This document shows, one piece after another, positions 25,572 through 39,643 of a stretch of DNA of 64,000 nt. Position 1 is the first letter of the stretch. Each line of letters starts with the position of its first letter. Source of the DNA: Reclinomonas americana ATCC 50394 (Eukaryota); contig PS015421.1 in the NCBI GenBank assembly GCA_048213135.1, forward strand, positions 1 to 64,000, read 5' to 3'. The notes under the pieces were generated by a model. It did no database searches and was not told the DNA's origin. It was given only the letters and a program-made list of their open reading frames with translations. Position numbers and translations under genes: made by a program.

Positions 25572-28500
25572 TCATCCGCGACGGCTGGAGCCTGCCAAAC
25601 CCACCAGCACATAACTCGACACCATGCCGATGCCCTTGACTGCATGCATGTGCCAGCAAAGATGAGTGTGCAGGGAGAATGACTGTGCTGCACACGCTTT
25701 ACAACCACGCACCTTCCACACTGGCCGATTCAACATCAAACACACCGCGTGTCTTGCGGTGCGTCGCCTGTGTGTTTCACCATCATTGGTCAGCGACGAC
25801 GAAGCCAAGTGCTTTTTTTCTTCCCCGCTTCTGTCGCCCTCTCACCTCACTGATCTGGATGGCTCCCATGGGCGCGGAGCTCTCCATGCGCGATGCCATG
25901 TTTACCGAATCTGACGCGGGATGAGAGAGACGTCAGAAAAACGCAGAGCGACAAGTTGTCTCCAACCCCACTCACCGCCATACAAGTCGAACGTGCGAAT
26001 GAGGCCGGCCACGATGCCCGACGTCACCGGGCCAGTGTTCACGCCAATGCGGAACTTGATCTCCAGTTGTCGCTGCGTGCCAAGTCAGACACACGAAACA
26101 CATGCAGACGAAGAACGAGCGGCTGTCACGAAACTCGCTGACACAAGTCCAACATGACCTGCTTGGCAGCCATCGTAAACTCCACCACCGCCGTGGCGTG
26201 ATCGTGACGCGGGACGTACATGCCCGACACGGCGAGGTATGCCGACCCTATGTTTACACGACACACATGTTGAGTTCTTGTGAGGAGAGGCTTAATTCTC
26301 TCCTTTGTGCATGGCACTCACCAATGGTCTTCACTCGCTCGATATTGTGCTGCTTCACGAGTCTGTCGAACGCACTCAGCAGCACGTGCAACACCTCAAT
26401 CTTCTCCAGCAGCGACACTTTGCCGTCGCCACCCACTGCCCCTGCATGTCAACGCAGTTTGAGCAACAACAGAGGATGGGCGTCTCACACACACTGCCAC
26501 TGCCACTGCACCTGCGCTGCCGACTGCGTGCTGCACCGAGAGCACCTTGATAAATGTGCACGTCACTTCTGGGTGAAACTCAAACATGGTTGGCGTGTCG
26601 TCAATTACATGCTGTGCGTGCGTCTGTCAGGCTGGAAGCATTCGGCGGAGAGGAGCGCCACATCAACGCACCGCATCAAGCATGTTGAGCGCGCTGCCAA
26701 ACGACGAGGCAGTGAGCTTGTCGAGTGCGGGTCGAGGGAATGACACACCGAGCAACTGCACCAGGTGAAATGAGTCGAAAACACACACTTGATTGACCAC
26801 TAGAAGCCACCGAACCTCCTGCAAGTTGACATTGCGAGTGCGCTGTTCATACATCGCCTGCAGCTGCGAGTTGCGTTCCGAGATGCGCACCATGATGCGC
26901 TGTCGACCTTCCCACGCCGTCTGGAAGCCACGAACAAGCAGCGACACACTACGCCAGCATTCACCAGTCAGAAGGCACACTATGTACTCGTCTGCACTCA
27001 GTACTCGAACGGTGCACGCAACACTTGTCCATCTTTCCGCGCCATCTCCACCTCGCAGCCACACCCCGATTGTACCACGTCGCGAAGAACAAGCGGCCGC
27101 AGCAGTGTTTGCACGTTGGCGTGACCTGCACGCATACAACAGTTGAGGAGGACAGTCGCAAGAACAGCAAGCACCGTCAGCGACGCACCGGTCAGCTCCT
27201 CCACCGAGAACCCGAGAAGCCGCGGAACACCCATGTTGCACCACTCCACTTCTCCATTCTCGTCAGTCCACAAGAGCTGTACAATGTTCTTGAGCAACAC
27301 TCGTTTCTCTCTCTCTCTCTCACACACACACTCTATCATGCACACGCAACAGCATCGGTGGTCATGGACAGCAGGTTGGTGATTTCGTCGATTCGTTCCT
27401 CGTACGAGCTGCGCACCTTGGCCTCGTCCATGTTGTTGCGCACCACTGCGCAAAACATGCGCCCTCCCGGCACCATCACATCGAGGACGTGGATCCGCAC
27501 CGCAATCACTGATCCGTTCTTGCACAGCGCCTTCACCTCGCGCCCACTGTGCACGCACACAGTCAGTGGCGTTCAACCAAATACTCTCGCGCCATTGCCA
27601 AGTAACACGAAACTGCAATGCCGCAGCGTGAGCTCGTTCACCAGTCTGCGAGTGCGTTGAGAGATACTGTGCCAGGTATCTGCACGTACATTCAGCGACA
27701 GTCAGATCAACACACTATTACTCATACTCTATATTGTCGCAACCTCGCTTGCACGCAACGAATCATGTCGTTCCGAGTGCGGTGCCGGCACCAGCATGCG
27801 AATGTTTCGGCCCACCAGCTCGGCGGCGCTCGTGTAACCGAACAGTTGCACGGCGGCCTCATTCACTTCCTGCACAATGCCTTGCGTGTCGGTGTAGATG
27901 AGCCCGTCCGGCAGCGTGTGCACCATGGAAACCGTCTGCAGTGGTGCGATGATGAGCAAAAGCAAGTGGTTGTGCTCACTGTCCACACGCTGCGTACCTT
28001 GGCCAGCCGCGCCGCGCCCTCTCTCAACGCAACCAACTTGTCTGCCGCCTCCATCATGGTGACGGCAAAGAACCGTCGTCCATTCACCTCACACTCCACC
28101 ACTGACAAGTCGACGGGCACCAGTCCACCGTCTCGATGGCACGCCTGCAGGAGTGCCTCATCAGCAACGGGCACACGCACGATTCTCAGGGCATGCACGC
28201 ACCTCAGTGCGGCGCACAACCGTCAGCGGGCGCCGTGTGGCTGCCGGTTGTGTCACGTGCCGACTAATGTGTGCGTCGTGCACGGCGTGCAGCTGTGCCG
28301 GAATGAGAACCTGCACAGTACGATCCACCGTGAGCACAGCTACCACTACCACCAGGGAGACACATCATCCGACCGCAAGCACCTTGATGTTTTGGCCCAC
28401 GATATTGTCGGCGGCATATCCCAGCACGCGCGTGACCATGCGATTGGCGAATTCAATAATGCCCTGCGTGTTGCGGCATGCATCAGCAACATCTCCCTCA

Positions 28501-31500
28501 ACCACACACCATCGACAACTCCTCCATACACACCGTCTCCCCAGCCAAAAGCAGCACACGACCTGTTCACGACTGATAATGAGAGTGCAGTAGAGACACA
28601 ACAGCACTGCACAGCAAGACAGGTGCGTAACTTGCGATGATCTCGCGGAACATGTGCTCGTGCTCGTTCATCGCTCGGTTCACCTCCATCGAGGCGAGCA
28701 GTGAATCTGTGTTTCGCTTCCTCTCAGCCCCACATTGAGGATCAACAGAGCTAAACCAGGGCGCCAGTACGCAACGCGGCAACAGCTGCAACTGCAGCTC
28801 GGCAACGGAGTTGATCACAGTCGTCGGCACGTGCATGAGGGTGCGTTTGAAGAATCGAATTTGCATGTCCATCTCTGCGAGCAGTGGTCGCAGCAGAAAC
28901 ACCGCCCCGACAAGAGTCACCAGGAGCCCAATGACCAGCATGGCCTCGGCCAGAAACTCGGTGCGCTGCACAAAGCGTTCCAGGCCGTCTTCCAGCAGCT
29001 GCGATGCGAGCCATGCAATGAGAGCACTATTGCCACATTGCACACATCATCTCATCCTCTTCTTCCTACCTGAGAACTGGCCGCAAAGTAGTCCATGAGG
29101 ATGTACGTCGAGGCCACCAAGAAGTCCGCAAGATCCAGGTCCTTGGCCGTCGGCGGGTCGTGCAGCGTCGAAGCCAGCAAGTCGGATGTATCCAACACTC
29201 TGTTGATCTGCACGCCAGTGTGAGTGAGACATGAGGTGATCACACCCCATCGATCTCCCCCTCCCACACACCAGTTCATGTATCGGCAGACACTTGAGCT
29301 GTTGCACCCACGCGGGATTGGCGGTCACGGCAGCCTCGGCAGTTGTGCATCGCGCTCCGTACAGCAATTTGTGCTGCTGCTCATCAGCTGCGGCATCCCA
29401 CCCATTGTCCATGACTTCGTCGACAACTTGTAGGTGTTTCGCTCTCGTCTACGCACGACACGATGGTGCGTGAGTGTTGAGAACACGAATGATTGTCAAT
29501 CCCACGCTATCGTCTCACCGTAGTCACGAGTCCCTGCAAACGTGCTTGGGTCTGTTCGCGCGGCACCAATCCAACCGGATTGAGGTACTGCACAGCCACC
29601 ATGATCAACACTGGAAACGTGGTGGCACGTGACTGTGCGTTCCCCAGCACGGTCATCTCCCGCACAGTCTCTGCCGCAATCACCGATGCACCATACCTAA
29701 CGAGGAAATGTTAGCGCAACAGAGAAGAACAAAAGGATGCTCTGTTTCTTCCAGCCACCACCACCACGCAACGACATGCACGCCGTGGCGACAAAGGCCA
29801 CAAGCACAATGCAGCAGGCACGGAAGAAGATATTATGCATAAACTGCATGTCGGTGCGCGTGCACTGCGTGGGCAGGTACTTGTTCGTCACTGTCGTCGA
29901 CGGATGCACTCCCTGTGCCCAAGAACAGAAAGTGGGAGTCAGCACATGAAACCAGATTTTGACTCCTTCCTTTCCCATCACAACGCAACATCACGAGCAG
30001 CCTCCGAGGCCTCCAGGTAGTTGAGGTAGTGGTCGCGCATCTTGTGGTGCACGACGCGCACGTCAGCCTTTGGCACCAGCGCAAAGGCTCGCAGACTGCG
30101 AGTCAGCGTGTGACGAATGCCGAGCACCATGGGCAAGAAGGCAAGCATCAGTAGTGCCACGCATAGTCTGCGTGTTTGCGCGGGACATCAGTACGCGAAT
30201 GAATGAGAAGAACGCATGCAAGCACGTACCCGCCCGCCAGCGCAAAGTCAATCCACGCTTCTACACCGTAGCCGTTGGCGAGTTGCACCGTGTGATCGTT
30301 GAACTCTTGTGCGATGCGATACACGGCGTCGTTGGTGGCGCCGCCATTCGCCAAGGCAATGACGAGGTTCTCCTCACGGATGCTCATGGTGCGCACAGAC
30401 ATGTGGAACACATCCTATCAGAGAATGAAGTAAGCGCACTGGCATTGTACTTCCCATTGCAACACCAGCACACCGCACACCATGGTGCTGTCGAGAAATC
30501 GGTAGATCACGTCGATGGTGGGCATCGTTTGCGACACAAGCTGACCACCGATGTTGTCATACACAATGGTGCGGAATGGAGCAGTGACACTGACGGCGGA
30601 GACGTAGGGTCTGGCAACAAGGATACATCACGGTGAGCAACTCATGGGAACCAACAACGCAGCCAATCGCGGCAGCACACACCGCGTGGCCAGCTGGTCC
30701 AGAATAATACGCGAGGCAGTCACGTTGGCAGCGAGGAACGGCCGCAAGTCATCCACTTGGGCCGCACCGTTGGCACCCGACAGCGCAGCACTCCAGATGC
30801 GCCACGCCAGCAACGTGTTGGTGACTGCGTCGACACACACCGTGGACAGGTCGGCGAAAAAGTCGTTGTTGGACTGGAACACCGCAGTCATGGAGTACGA
30901 TCGTGAAAACACAAAGAGAATGGCCACAAGGCACGCCGCGGTCATGATCAACAGCACCCACAGCGCGCGCGTGATGGTCGGATTCTGCGGTTACACACTG
31001 AGGGCAGAGAGCTCCTTGACTTGGCATCATCGTCCCAGAGACAACTGACCTTTTCGCTGACGATTGTACGGCGCAGCTGCGCAGAGCCGGTGCTGTCGGC
31101 GCTCACACCGGAGCGCATGGAACTTCCGCCCGAATGCTTGGAGCTGCGCAGCAAGAGTGAAAAACCGAGGAAGAGCTATATACTCCTACACCGACAACGG
31201 CGTTTGCGTTACCTGCCACCTCCCACCGACGAGCCGCGATCGCTCAGCGCGTCGTTCGCATCGTTGCTGGCGAAATCTGCATGTCATCGAGGGTCAGCAG
31301 TGGGGGAAAAGAGGGTGCACACGTGTCTGCGCACGAAACTCAATTTCTTCGACGTGCGGCTCCTCGACTACAACAGCAATGTGAGCATCGCGTACAGACA
31401 ACGAAACAAAACAACCAAAAGAAGACAGCACTCACTTCGCCACGTGACAATTTGACGGCGCTGCGTCGCGTGGCTTGCTCCGCTGTCTCCTCCGCTCCAG

Positions 31501-34500
31501 CAGTGTCCACTTCTGTCGACGATGAACGCTGATGAGCACGGCAGCAGTCGGCGACAGCGGAAGTAAAAAAAAGACACTGCCCCACCTTTGGCCGTCTGCC
31601 AAACGGACTTGCTCGGGCGCACGGCAATTGTCTCCACTTGTGGAATGTCATCGTCGCCAGCTGAGACTGTGCAGAAATGCAAGGTGAGCAACCTTGCGCG
31701 TCATTGGCGGCAACTCGATACGACGATCGCAACTGGTGCTGCAGCTGCTGGAGATGGTATCAGATTCAGCCTCGCCGTGCGAGTCTTGCCCTGACATGCA
31801 CAGGTCGTCGCCAGCGCTTGATTCTGCATGCTCAAACATGACGCGGCGCAGTTGCTGCGTGGGGCAAGTGGATGAGCCAATAGAGTGAATATGCATGAAA
31901 AACATGATCGACAGCGCACCGCTGAGGCCTCCTCCAGTGCAAACAAGCGTTCCTTGACACGATTCTGCGTGCACAAGCCGTCGGCATTGGAGGTCATCTG
32001 TTCGGCAAGGTCGTCCAGTCGCCGACTTCCGAGTTCGTCGTTCTTGATCTCGGAGGTGAACTGCGTTGCATGAGTACAAGGCAGTCCAGCTCAATCAAGC
32101 CTCAGATGACATAAAATACCTGTGCGTACCACAGTACGAGCTCGGCCTGATCCGGGAACTCGTCAAGCAGCCTCTTGAAACCCTCTTCGCACTTGCGTTC
32201 CTGCTCCCGTAGCGTCAGCAGGAGCGACAACACCCTGTCCTCTGTGTGCGCAAACAAGCAAGTCAGTCGAGCTGCTCACCAACGCGCATGCCCACCAACC
32301 AACATGACGCACCCCGTCCAGCCTGCTCCAATTGTCGCCACACGGACATGAGCACCACGTAGCACTGGCACCACTCTTGGTGCACGGCCGCCAGCCGCAC
32401 CCGGTACAGCTGACTCTTGAAGTTGACATCTTGCGCTAACGTGCTCACAATCTCGGCAACCACGCGCCGCATATCCACCGGCAACGTTGCCTCCATGTCG
32501 TTGCGTGCGGCAATGTCGGCAATCATCTGCTGCGCCTGTTTCACATCCGTGTCGAAGCTCCACATGTACAGTGCGCTCAGCAGCGCCACACAGTCGGCCT
32601 GATTCACATTCTCCGCAAAGTTCATGCGCCCTGTTGACGGCACTGTGCGTGAGGCACACACGCGACATACATGCGCACAAGTACACGCAAACACAAACAC
32701 ACAAACCAAGCTCGAAAATGTCCATGGCACGGTTCCACGGATCGGATGCCGACACAGGTGGGAGTCTGGCGGCCAGCTCCACCGACCACACATTCGGGAA
32801 GAGTCTCTTCAGATCTGCCTCCAGGTTCTCTGCGCTGGCACTGCTGCCGCCACTCAGCGCACCGCGCTGCACGAGTTAAAAAAGAGGCGATGAGGGATTA
32901 TGGAGGAAGGAAAGGGCAGCCAGTCACGAACACACCAGGTATCGTGCAGTCGGACTCGACAAGTCCGCGAGACTTGACGACGACGACGACGCAGCAGTGG
33001 AGGCCGAGCTGCGCACCACGGTGGCCGCAAAGGCGTCCATGTGCCGACAAACGTATCGGTATCGCAGGTGGGTGGCCAGCAGGCCGCACACACATCCCAG
33101 GCACAGCCCGCCGACCGCCACTGCCGCCTGCGTGAGCCACGACGACGAGAGGAGCAGGCGAGCGGTGGTGGGCACGAGAGCCAGATACACGCCCGCGCAA
33201 GCAGCCAGTGTCACCGCGGCGCACAAGGCGGCGGCCAGCGGCGCCGACACCCGTCCGTGCACCGGCAAGTACTTGAGCACGCCGATGAAGAGCAGCAGCG
33301 CGCCGAGCGCAGCCGCCACCATGTGCACCAGCGGCAGTGCGTCGGCCACAAACGTGTGCGTCACCGCCAGCAGCACGCGCAGCACGTTGAGGGCGGCAAT
33401 GTAGCGGCCGCTGAGGATGCCGGAGGACCAGAGACGGGAGGTTGGCTTGAAGTCCAGCGAGCTGGCAGAAGAAGAAAGGTGAGGGGGAGAGGGGAGAGGG
33501 AAGGGGGGAGGGAGAGAGAGGGAAGGGGGAAGAGAAGAGAGAGAGAGAAGGACGGAAGGAGGGAAGAAATAGAAGAGGAGGGAAGAAAGAGATAGAAGAG
33601 GAGGGAAAACAGACAGAGGAGAGGCGAGCGAGAGAGAGGCACAGTGTGAAGACGCAACAGCAGTGGCACAATGCAGCCGAGTGTGGCGAGCAGCAGGGAG
33701 AGAACGAGCCCAACGGCGCCAAGGAAGACATTACTCGGATCGTTGCATCCTGTGGCATGTGAGGTGAGTAGACGCGAGGGAGAGGGAGAGAGGAAGAGAA
33801 CAGCGCAACTCCACGACGTGGAATGCACAGTGGCGCTGAGGTGTTGCAGTGTGCGATAGTCGCAATGCAGTGGGCGAATCAACAGCAGCACCACTGCAGT
33901 CAGTAGCGGTCCCACCGCCAGTGCCAGCTGTCGCCATTTCGTCACACGTGAGTGAGAGTGAGAGAGACAAGAGAAAACAGGCAAAGACGACGCACCAGAA
34001 ATCGAACGACGACTTGTCGGATTCGTGAGTTTGGTTGTTCGGTGGTCGCCGTCTGCTGCGTGTTGCGGCACTGGCGCCACACCAGAAAAAGAAGCAGTGT
34101 GACAGACACCGCGGCAAAGACCCACGCCACGTACAAGCGCGATATCGACATCTGCCCAAATCGAAAAACAATCATCAGCGCGCATGTTGTAACGATATGC
34201 ATTGGTGAGTATTGCACATACCATTTGCGGCAGCAGAGTCGCGCCAGTGAATAGGCTCTCGCTGGCACCGCTGGGGAACACGGACGGCACGAACACTTGG
34301 GCCAGCACGCTCAAGTGCAGCCACGCGAACGCCGCAGCGTCGAGCGGGGTTATCTGCGGAGGCACACGAAAAAGCATTGCAATGAATATCAAATCGCGTA
34401 ACCAGTTGTGAGAGGGAGAGAGAGAGAGTGGTGCGAGAGACAAGTCAGGAGTGGTGGTGACCAACGTCGTGTACGGTGTTGCGAGGGGAGAGATGATGCG

Positions 34501-34503
34501 CAC
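25572..34503 (-). CDS. TmcB-like multi-TM protein with 3 PAS domains and a C-terminal class III nucleotide cyclase domain (start uncertain)
   Basis: Hydrophobic N-terminal TM block and helical TPR-like region. PAS repeats GIIEFANRMVTRVLGY, TDTQGIVQEVNEAAVQLFGY, TDENGEVEWCN. Cyclase motifs ERVKTIG, FRIGVNTGPV, FDLYG|DSVNMASRMES, KGIG. Confidence 0.85.
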
Positions 34504-35235
34504 GCGCTAAGGCGGGGTAGAGGCAGTAAAATTCTTTTGCGGCGCGAAAAATGAATCTGCCAAAGTCGTCGTCGATCTTTGCGACCACGAGGTGCACGCA
34601 ACAGAGGAAAACAGTGGCCGCTGTCGATGCAGCTGCGCCAGCTGCTGGCAGAACTTGCCCACGGAGCCTGTCATGACGCGAAGACCGAGAGACAACCAAC
34701 GGCCGAAATCCACACAAGCGTGGCGAGTCTGTCGCACACACACACGCACGCACAGACACGAACACACACAAAAAGATCGCTTCAGTGCATGCAGGGTCCC
34801 CACACACACGCAGAGTGAGTCACTCAAACGATCACTGGCCGAGCAAGACGAAGTCACGCAAGTCGGAAAACTCACCAAGAACGGAGACTGTCTTGGCTCA
34901 CCACTCCGGAGTAAAAAAACGGGTGACAAGTTCCTGTTTCCTGTCGTAGGAGACGTTGAAGACGGCACGTTCCTCCCGGAGATTGATCGTGTGAACAATG
35001 TGCGTTCGGTCACGGAAGTTTCCGCCACACATGAGCACTGGAGTTAGTATGCAATGGCGATGTGTGGCATGAGTGGGCGACGGATAAAGGGAGAACAGAG
35101 AGACACGAATGCGGAGGGTGAAAAAACATCCTCCACACCGCGACGCGTGAATGACGCAGCGATGTTGAGGAAAAGCAATTGATTGAAAAACCATTCAATC
35201 AATTTTTCAACAGCAACTTAGCAGGTGTGGAGTGC

Positions 35236-36483
35236 TCAACGACGGCCACCGCCGCCACCGAGCAGTGCGAGTAAGAAGAGGAACAGATTGGCAACTGTGG
35301 AACGAGGCAGAGAAATGGAGGAGGGAGATCGGAAAATGCACGGTGAGTAAAATGATTGGAAATACCGGCAGTTTCCCGCCAATGATGACGCCTCCTCCCC
35401 CCGCACTCACCATCCAGGTACAGCGACACCGCCGGCATCACCCATTCGTCGAGATTGTTGGAGTACTGATGCAGGAGCAGGGAGGTGTCGTAGAGAATGT
35501 AGAGACTGAAGATGATGGAGCCGGCCAGGCTGATGGCAAAGTAGACCCACGAGCCCAGCGGCACCACCAGCTGAATAAACAGCGTAATGATGAGCGCCAT
35601 GCTGGCAACAAACAGCGCCGGGCCCTGTGACAGAAGCGGCGAAACCGATGAGAGTCAGCAGTGGTCACAGGCATTGCGCATGCTGATCATGCGAAGCCAC
35701 CACGCAACGAGGAACGAGAAGTCCTTTTTCGTGATCAGCACGAACGCAGTCAGTCCAACAAAGATGAGCGCCGTTACGATGAATGCCTATGTGATCACCA
35801 CCCCGCAAGGTGAGCAACAGCGACATAATCAGCGCATCGAAAAGCGTCTGCGGTACCTCCAGCACGACTTTGGTGTCGTAATGCGCGGCGATAAAGGCCA
35901 CCATCCATGAGAATGCCTGACAAATGGCACGTGAGCTCCCAATCAATCACATTTTACGCAAGCATGGACACGTACAAATGTCCACACAAACAGGAGAATG
36001 CCGTTCCACGGCGCCTGCAAAAAACATACAGGAGGCGGACAGCGTCAGCAACTACTACTGATCACAACGCATCGAGGTTTCCCGCTCGCACACCTTCTTC
36101 CTCACGTAGATGAGCACAAAGAGAAGCACAAGTGTGACGACCCATGACGTCCAGAACATCCAGTTCTGTGGACGACCAATCAAAAAAAGTTCATCGAACA
36201 AAAACAACACAGAGGAACGACGGAACACGCACCGCGCGAAGCGCCCAATTCCGAGCGCCAGGTCTGCAGAAATCAATCAATCAACTAACGGAAGCAGCCA
36301 CTCCTGCGCGGTAATCGCCCTACAAAGCACGCAACGAGAAGAGCAGAATGCAGCTGATGCCGATCGTCAGCGACAACATGAGGAGCAGGACCGTGTATAC
36401 GCGCTGCGATGCCGACACCACGGTGAGCGTGTGGGGGTCAATACGGTCACGCGAAACGACAAGGCGGCTCACCACAATGAATG
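35236..36483 (-). CDS. Bax inhibitor-1/Lifeguard (TMBIM) family membrane domain
   Basis: AFIV|RVYTVLLLML, APWNGILLFVWTF, KKDFSFL|G, IFSLYILYDT, AVSLYLD|VANLFLFLLALLG. Confidence 0.9.
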
Positions 36484-37170
36484 CTGAGGATCCGGAGGAC
36501 GACGACAACGACAACGACAACGACGACGATGCAAGTGAGCAAATACCGCCCAATCGATTTCACCGAAGCAGAGGAAAAACAGCAGAGGAAAAACAGCAGA
36601 AGAGNNNNNNNNNNNNNNNNNNNNNNNNNNNNNNNNNNNNNNNNNNNNNNNNNNNNNNNNNNNNNNNNNNNNNNNNNNNNNNNNNNNNNNNNNNNNNNNN
36701 NNNNNNNNNNNNNNNNNNNNNNNNNNNNNNNNNNNNNNNNNNNNNNNNNNNNNNNNNNNNNNNNNNNNNNNNNNNNNNNNNNNNNNNNNNNNNNNNNNNN
36801 NNNNNNNNNNNNNNNNNNNNNNNNNNNNNNNNNNNNNNNNNNNNNNNNNNNNNNNNNNNNNNNNNNNNNNNNNNNNNNNNNNNNNNNNNNNNNNNNNNNN
36901 NNNNNNNNNNNNNNNNNNNNNNNNNNNNNNNNNNNNNNNNNNNNNNNNNNNNNNNNNNNNNNNNNNNNNNNNNNNNNNNNNNNNNNNNNNNNNNNNNNNN
37001 NNNNNNNNNNNNNNNNNNNNNNNNNNNNNNNNNNNNNNNNNNNNNNNNNNNNNNNNNNNNNNNNNNNNNNNNNNNNNNNNNNNNNNNNNNNNNNNNNNNN
37101 NNNNNNNNNNNNNNNNNNNNNNNNNNNNNNNNNNNNNNNNNNNNNNNNNNNNNNNNNNNNNNNNNNNNNN

Positions 37171-37510
37171 CGAGTGGAGAGGAATGGAGCAGAGTGCACG
37201 AGTGGAGAGGGATGGAGCAGAGTGCACGAGTGGAGAGGGATGGAGCAGAGTGCAGCGAGTGGAGAGGGACGGAGCAGAGTGCACGAGTGGAGAGGGATAG
37301 AGCAGAGTGCTCGAGTGGAGAGGGATGGAGCAGAGTGCAGCGAGTGGAGAGGGATGAAGCAGAGTGCACGAGTGGAGAGGGATGGAGCAGAGTGCACGAG
37401 TGGAGAGGGATGGAGCAGAGTGCAGCGAGTGGAGAGGAATGGAGCAGAGCGCACGAGTGGAGAGGGATGGAGCAGAGTGCACGAGTGGAGAGGAATGGAA
37501 CAGAGTGCAC
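37171..37510. repeat. 28/29-bp minisatellite, about 12 visible copies, runs into gap
   Basis: Unit cgagtggagagggatggagcagagtgca(g), directly tandem with no spacers. Intronic. Confidence 0.95.
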
Positions 37511-37682
37511 TGCACCCTTCTCGGCCCGTGGCAGAAGCAGCAAAGGAAAAACAGCCAGAGGAATAGCGACCTCTACACCAAGGAAAGTAAAGCGAGTGCA
37601 AATAGCGACGAAGGCAGCGCGCAGCGAGTGGAGAGGATGCACTGCACCTTTCTTGGCCCGTGACATATGATCGGCCACGTAC

Positions 37683-38398
37683 GCGTTGCGCTGCGCCTCT
37701 GGATCCCACTCCGGCTGCCGTCCGTGCCCACCACCACCACCACCACCGCCTCCACCACCACCTCCGCCTCCGCCTCCACTCGGATCTTTCGGTGGGTGCG
37801 GATCAGCAGGCGGGTACGGATACGGCGGCGGTGGCCCGACATTGTGATAGGGCGCCTGCGCGTGCGCCGCCTACAGCATCGCACTCAAAGCAGTCAGAGC
37901 CAAGTACTCTCTCCTTGCCTCCCTCCCGACTCCCTCACACGCCTTTACGGGTTCCGTCGGCAGACCTAGCGAATCCAGTACGTAACCACGCGCGACACTC
38001 ACATCGCCACCGGCAGCCTGCAGCAGCTCATGGAGGACGGGGGGGTCGACCTGCGGGAACTCGCGATGGAGAGCCTCCACTGGATGCACCTGCAATCAAA
38101 GATGAGATGGATCGCCACATAAGAGGTGCGAAGAGTGACTCACGGGAACGTGCTGTTGCTCGTAGGCAGGAGGAGGAGGTGCGGGGTATGGATATGCGTA
38201 GGCGGCTTGTGGAGGTGCGCCTGGTGGATGAGGTGGAGGAGGAGCGGCGGCATATGGAGCCGGAGGTGCGGAGGGCGCAGATGATTGCTGTCAGAGTGTG
38301 AGTGCGCGCGCATGTGTGTGAGGGGGAGAGTGTGTGTAAGCGCACACCGGTACTGCTGCTCGTGCCGCGACTGCAGCCAGAGGCCAAGGAGATGCCAT
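37683..38398 (-). CDS. Pro/Tyr-rich N-terminus with CUE domain; probable 5' part of the TMBIM gene
   Basis: VEALHREFPQVDPPVLHELLQAAGGDVSVARGYVL (CUE FP motif), PPPPAY and PPPPYPY motifs. Ends at a donor facing the TMBIM exons. Confidence 0.65.
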
Positions 38399-38563
38399 TG
38401 TGATTCACTGACGATGATGATGATGATGACGCGTGTGTGCGTCAATCTCTGTTCTCACTCTCTTCTCCCGTAAGAGCGCGCGAGCGAGTGTGTGATAGAG
38501 CCGTTCACACTGCGCGACTGTGGCGTGAATGCGAGGATCCTTGGCGTGTCCGGCTGCGTGTCA

Positions 38564-39557
38564 TTAGCGACGTTGTCGGAGAAACGTCAGCTGGGAGACC
38601 ACTGCCAGTGGAACGTCGTAGGCGGGTGGGATGGCGCCGGCGGTGCGGCTCAACGAGGCAGCATCGCGGGCAAAGTCGGCGGCGGTGGTGAGAGTGGGTG
38701 GTGCGGGTCGAGAGAAGCAGTCTGCGTGGGGGGAGAGGTGAGGGGTAGAGGGGGGAAGGGAGGGTGGAGGGGAGGGGAGGAAGGGAGGAAGGAGGGAAGG
38801 CAGGAGAGGGTAGAGGGGAGGGGAGGGGAGAAGGAGAGAGAAGAGAGAAGAACAAGGAGCAAGGCACATGAGGAGAAAGCACAAGAGAGGAGAAGTGTGT
38901 GAAGGGCGAGGAGAGAAAAAGAAGGAGCAAGGCACATGGGGAGAAGGCAGAAAAGAGGAGAACTGTGTGGAGAGGCGAGGAGAGAAGAACAGCAAGGCAC
39001 ATGAGGAGAAAGCACCAGAGAGGAGAATTGTGTGCGAAGGGCGAGGAGAGAAGAACAAGGAGCAAGGCATATGAGGAGAAAGCAAGAGAGGAGAATTGTG
39101 TGCGAAGGGCGAGGAGAGAAGAACAAGGAACAAGGTACATGGAGAAGCCTGACATACACGCACACCGAGAGAGGGGAGGTGTGTGCCAAGGCCAGGAGAG
39201 AAGAACACACACTTCTCCCTATTCTCTCTCCCTCTCCTCTCCTCTCTCTTCTCTCACACCAGTAAACACCGCTCGATCACTGCCAGTCGCCGTCCGCAGC
39301 AGCACAATCGCCGCATAGACCAGAAAGTAGGCGACTGCAGCGAGCGCCACCAGCATCGGAATCGTGATGCTCCACTGCCTGCAAAGAAGAAAAAATCAAA
39401 CAAATGAGTGTCGCCATCAATCAGTAAAGAGGAAGCAGAGCGCGCAACTTATGCGGGTAATACGTGATGCCCCACGAGTGGAGAACCTCGTCAGGGACCC
39501 ATGTCCACACAAGGTACACCACTGGAGAGAAGACGGGAGAGGAGAGAGAGTGAGAGG

Positions 39558-39643
<86 letters not shown>

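Noticed and set aside
34445-35194. Possible small gene or extra 5' exons of the cyclase gene
   Set aside because: Several incompatible exon models and no recognisable motif.
36320-36335. Possible 16-nt intron gttgcgtgctttgtag
   Set aside because: A roughly 70-nt intron to ttctgcag gives a sensible TMBIM frame and a typical length.
37171-37510. 28-bp repeats resembling a CRISPR array
   Set aside because: No unique spacers, no cas genes, and an intronic eukaryotic context.
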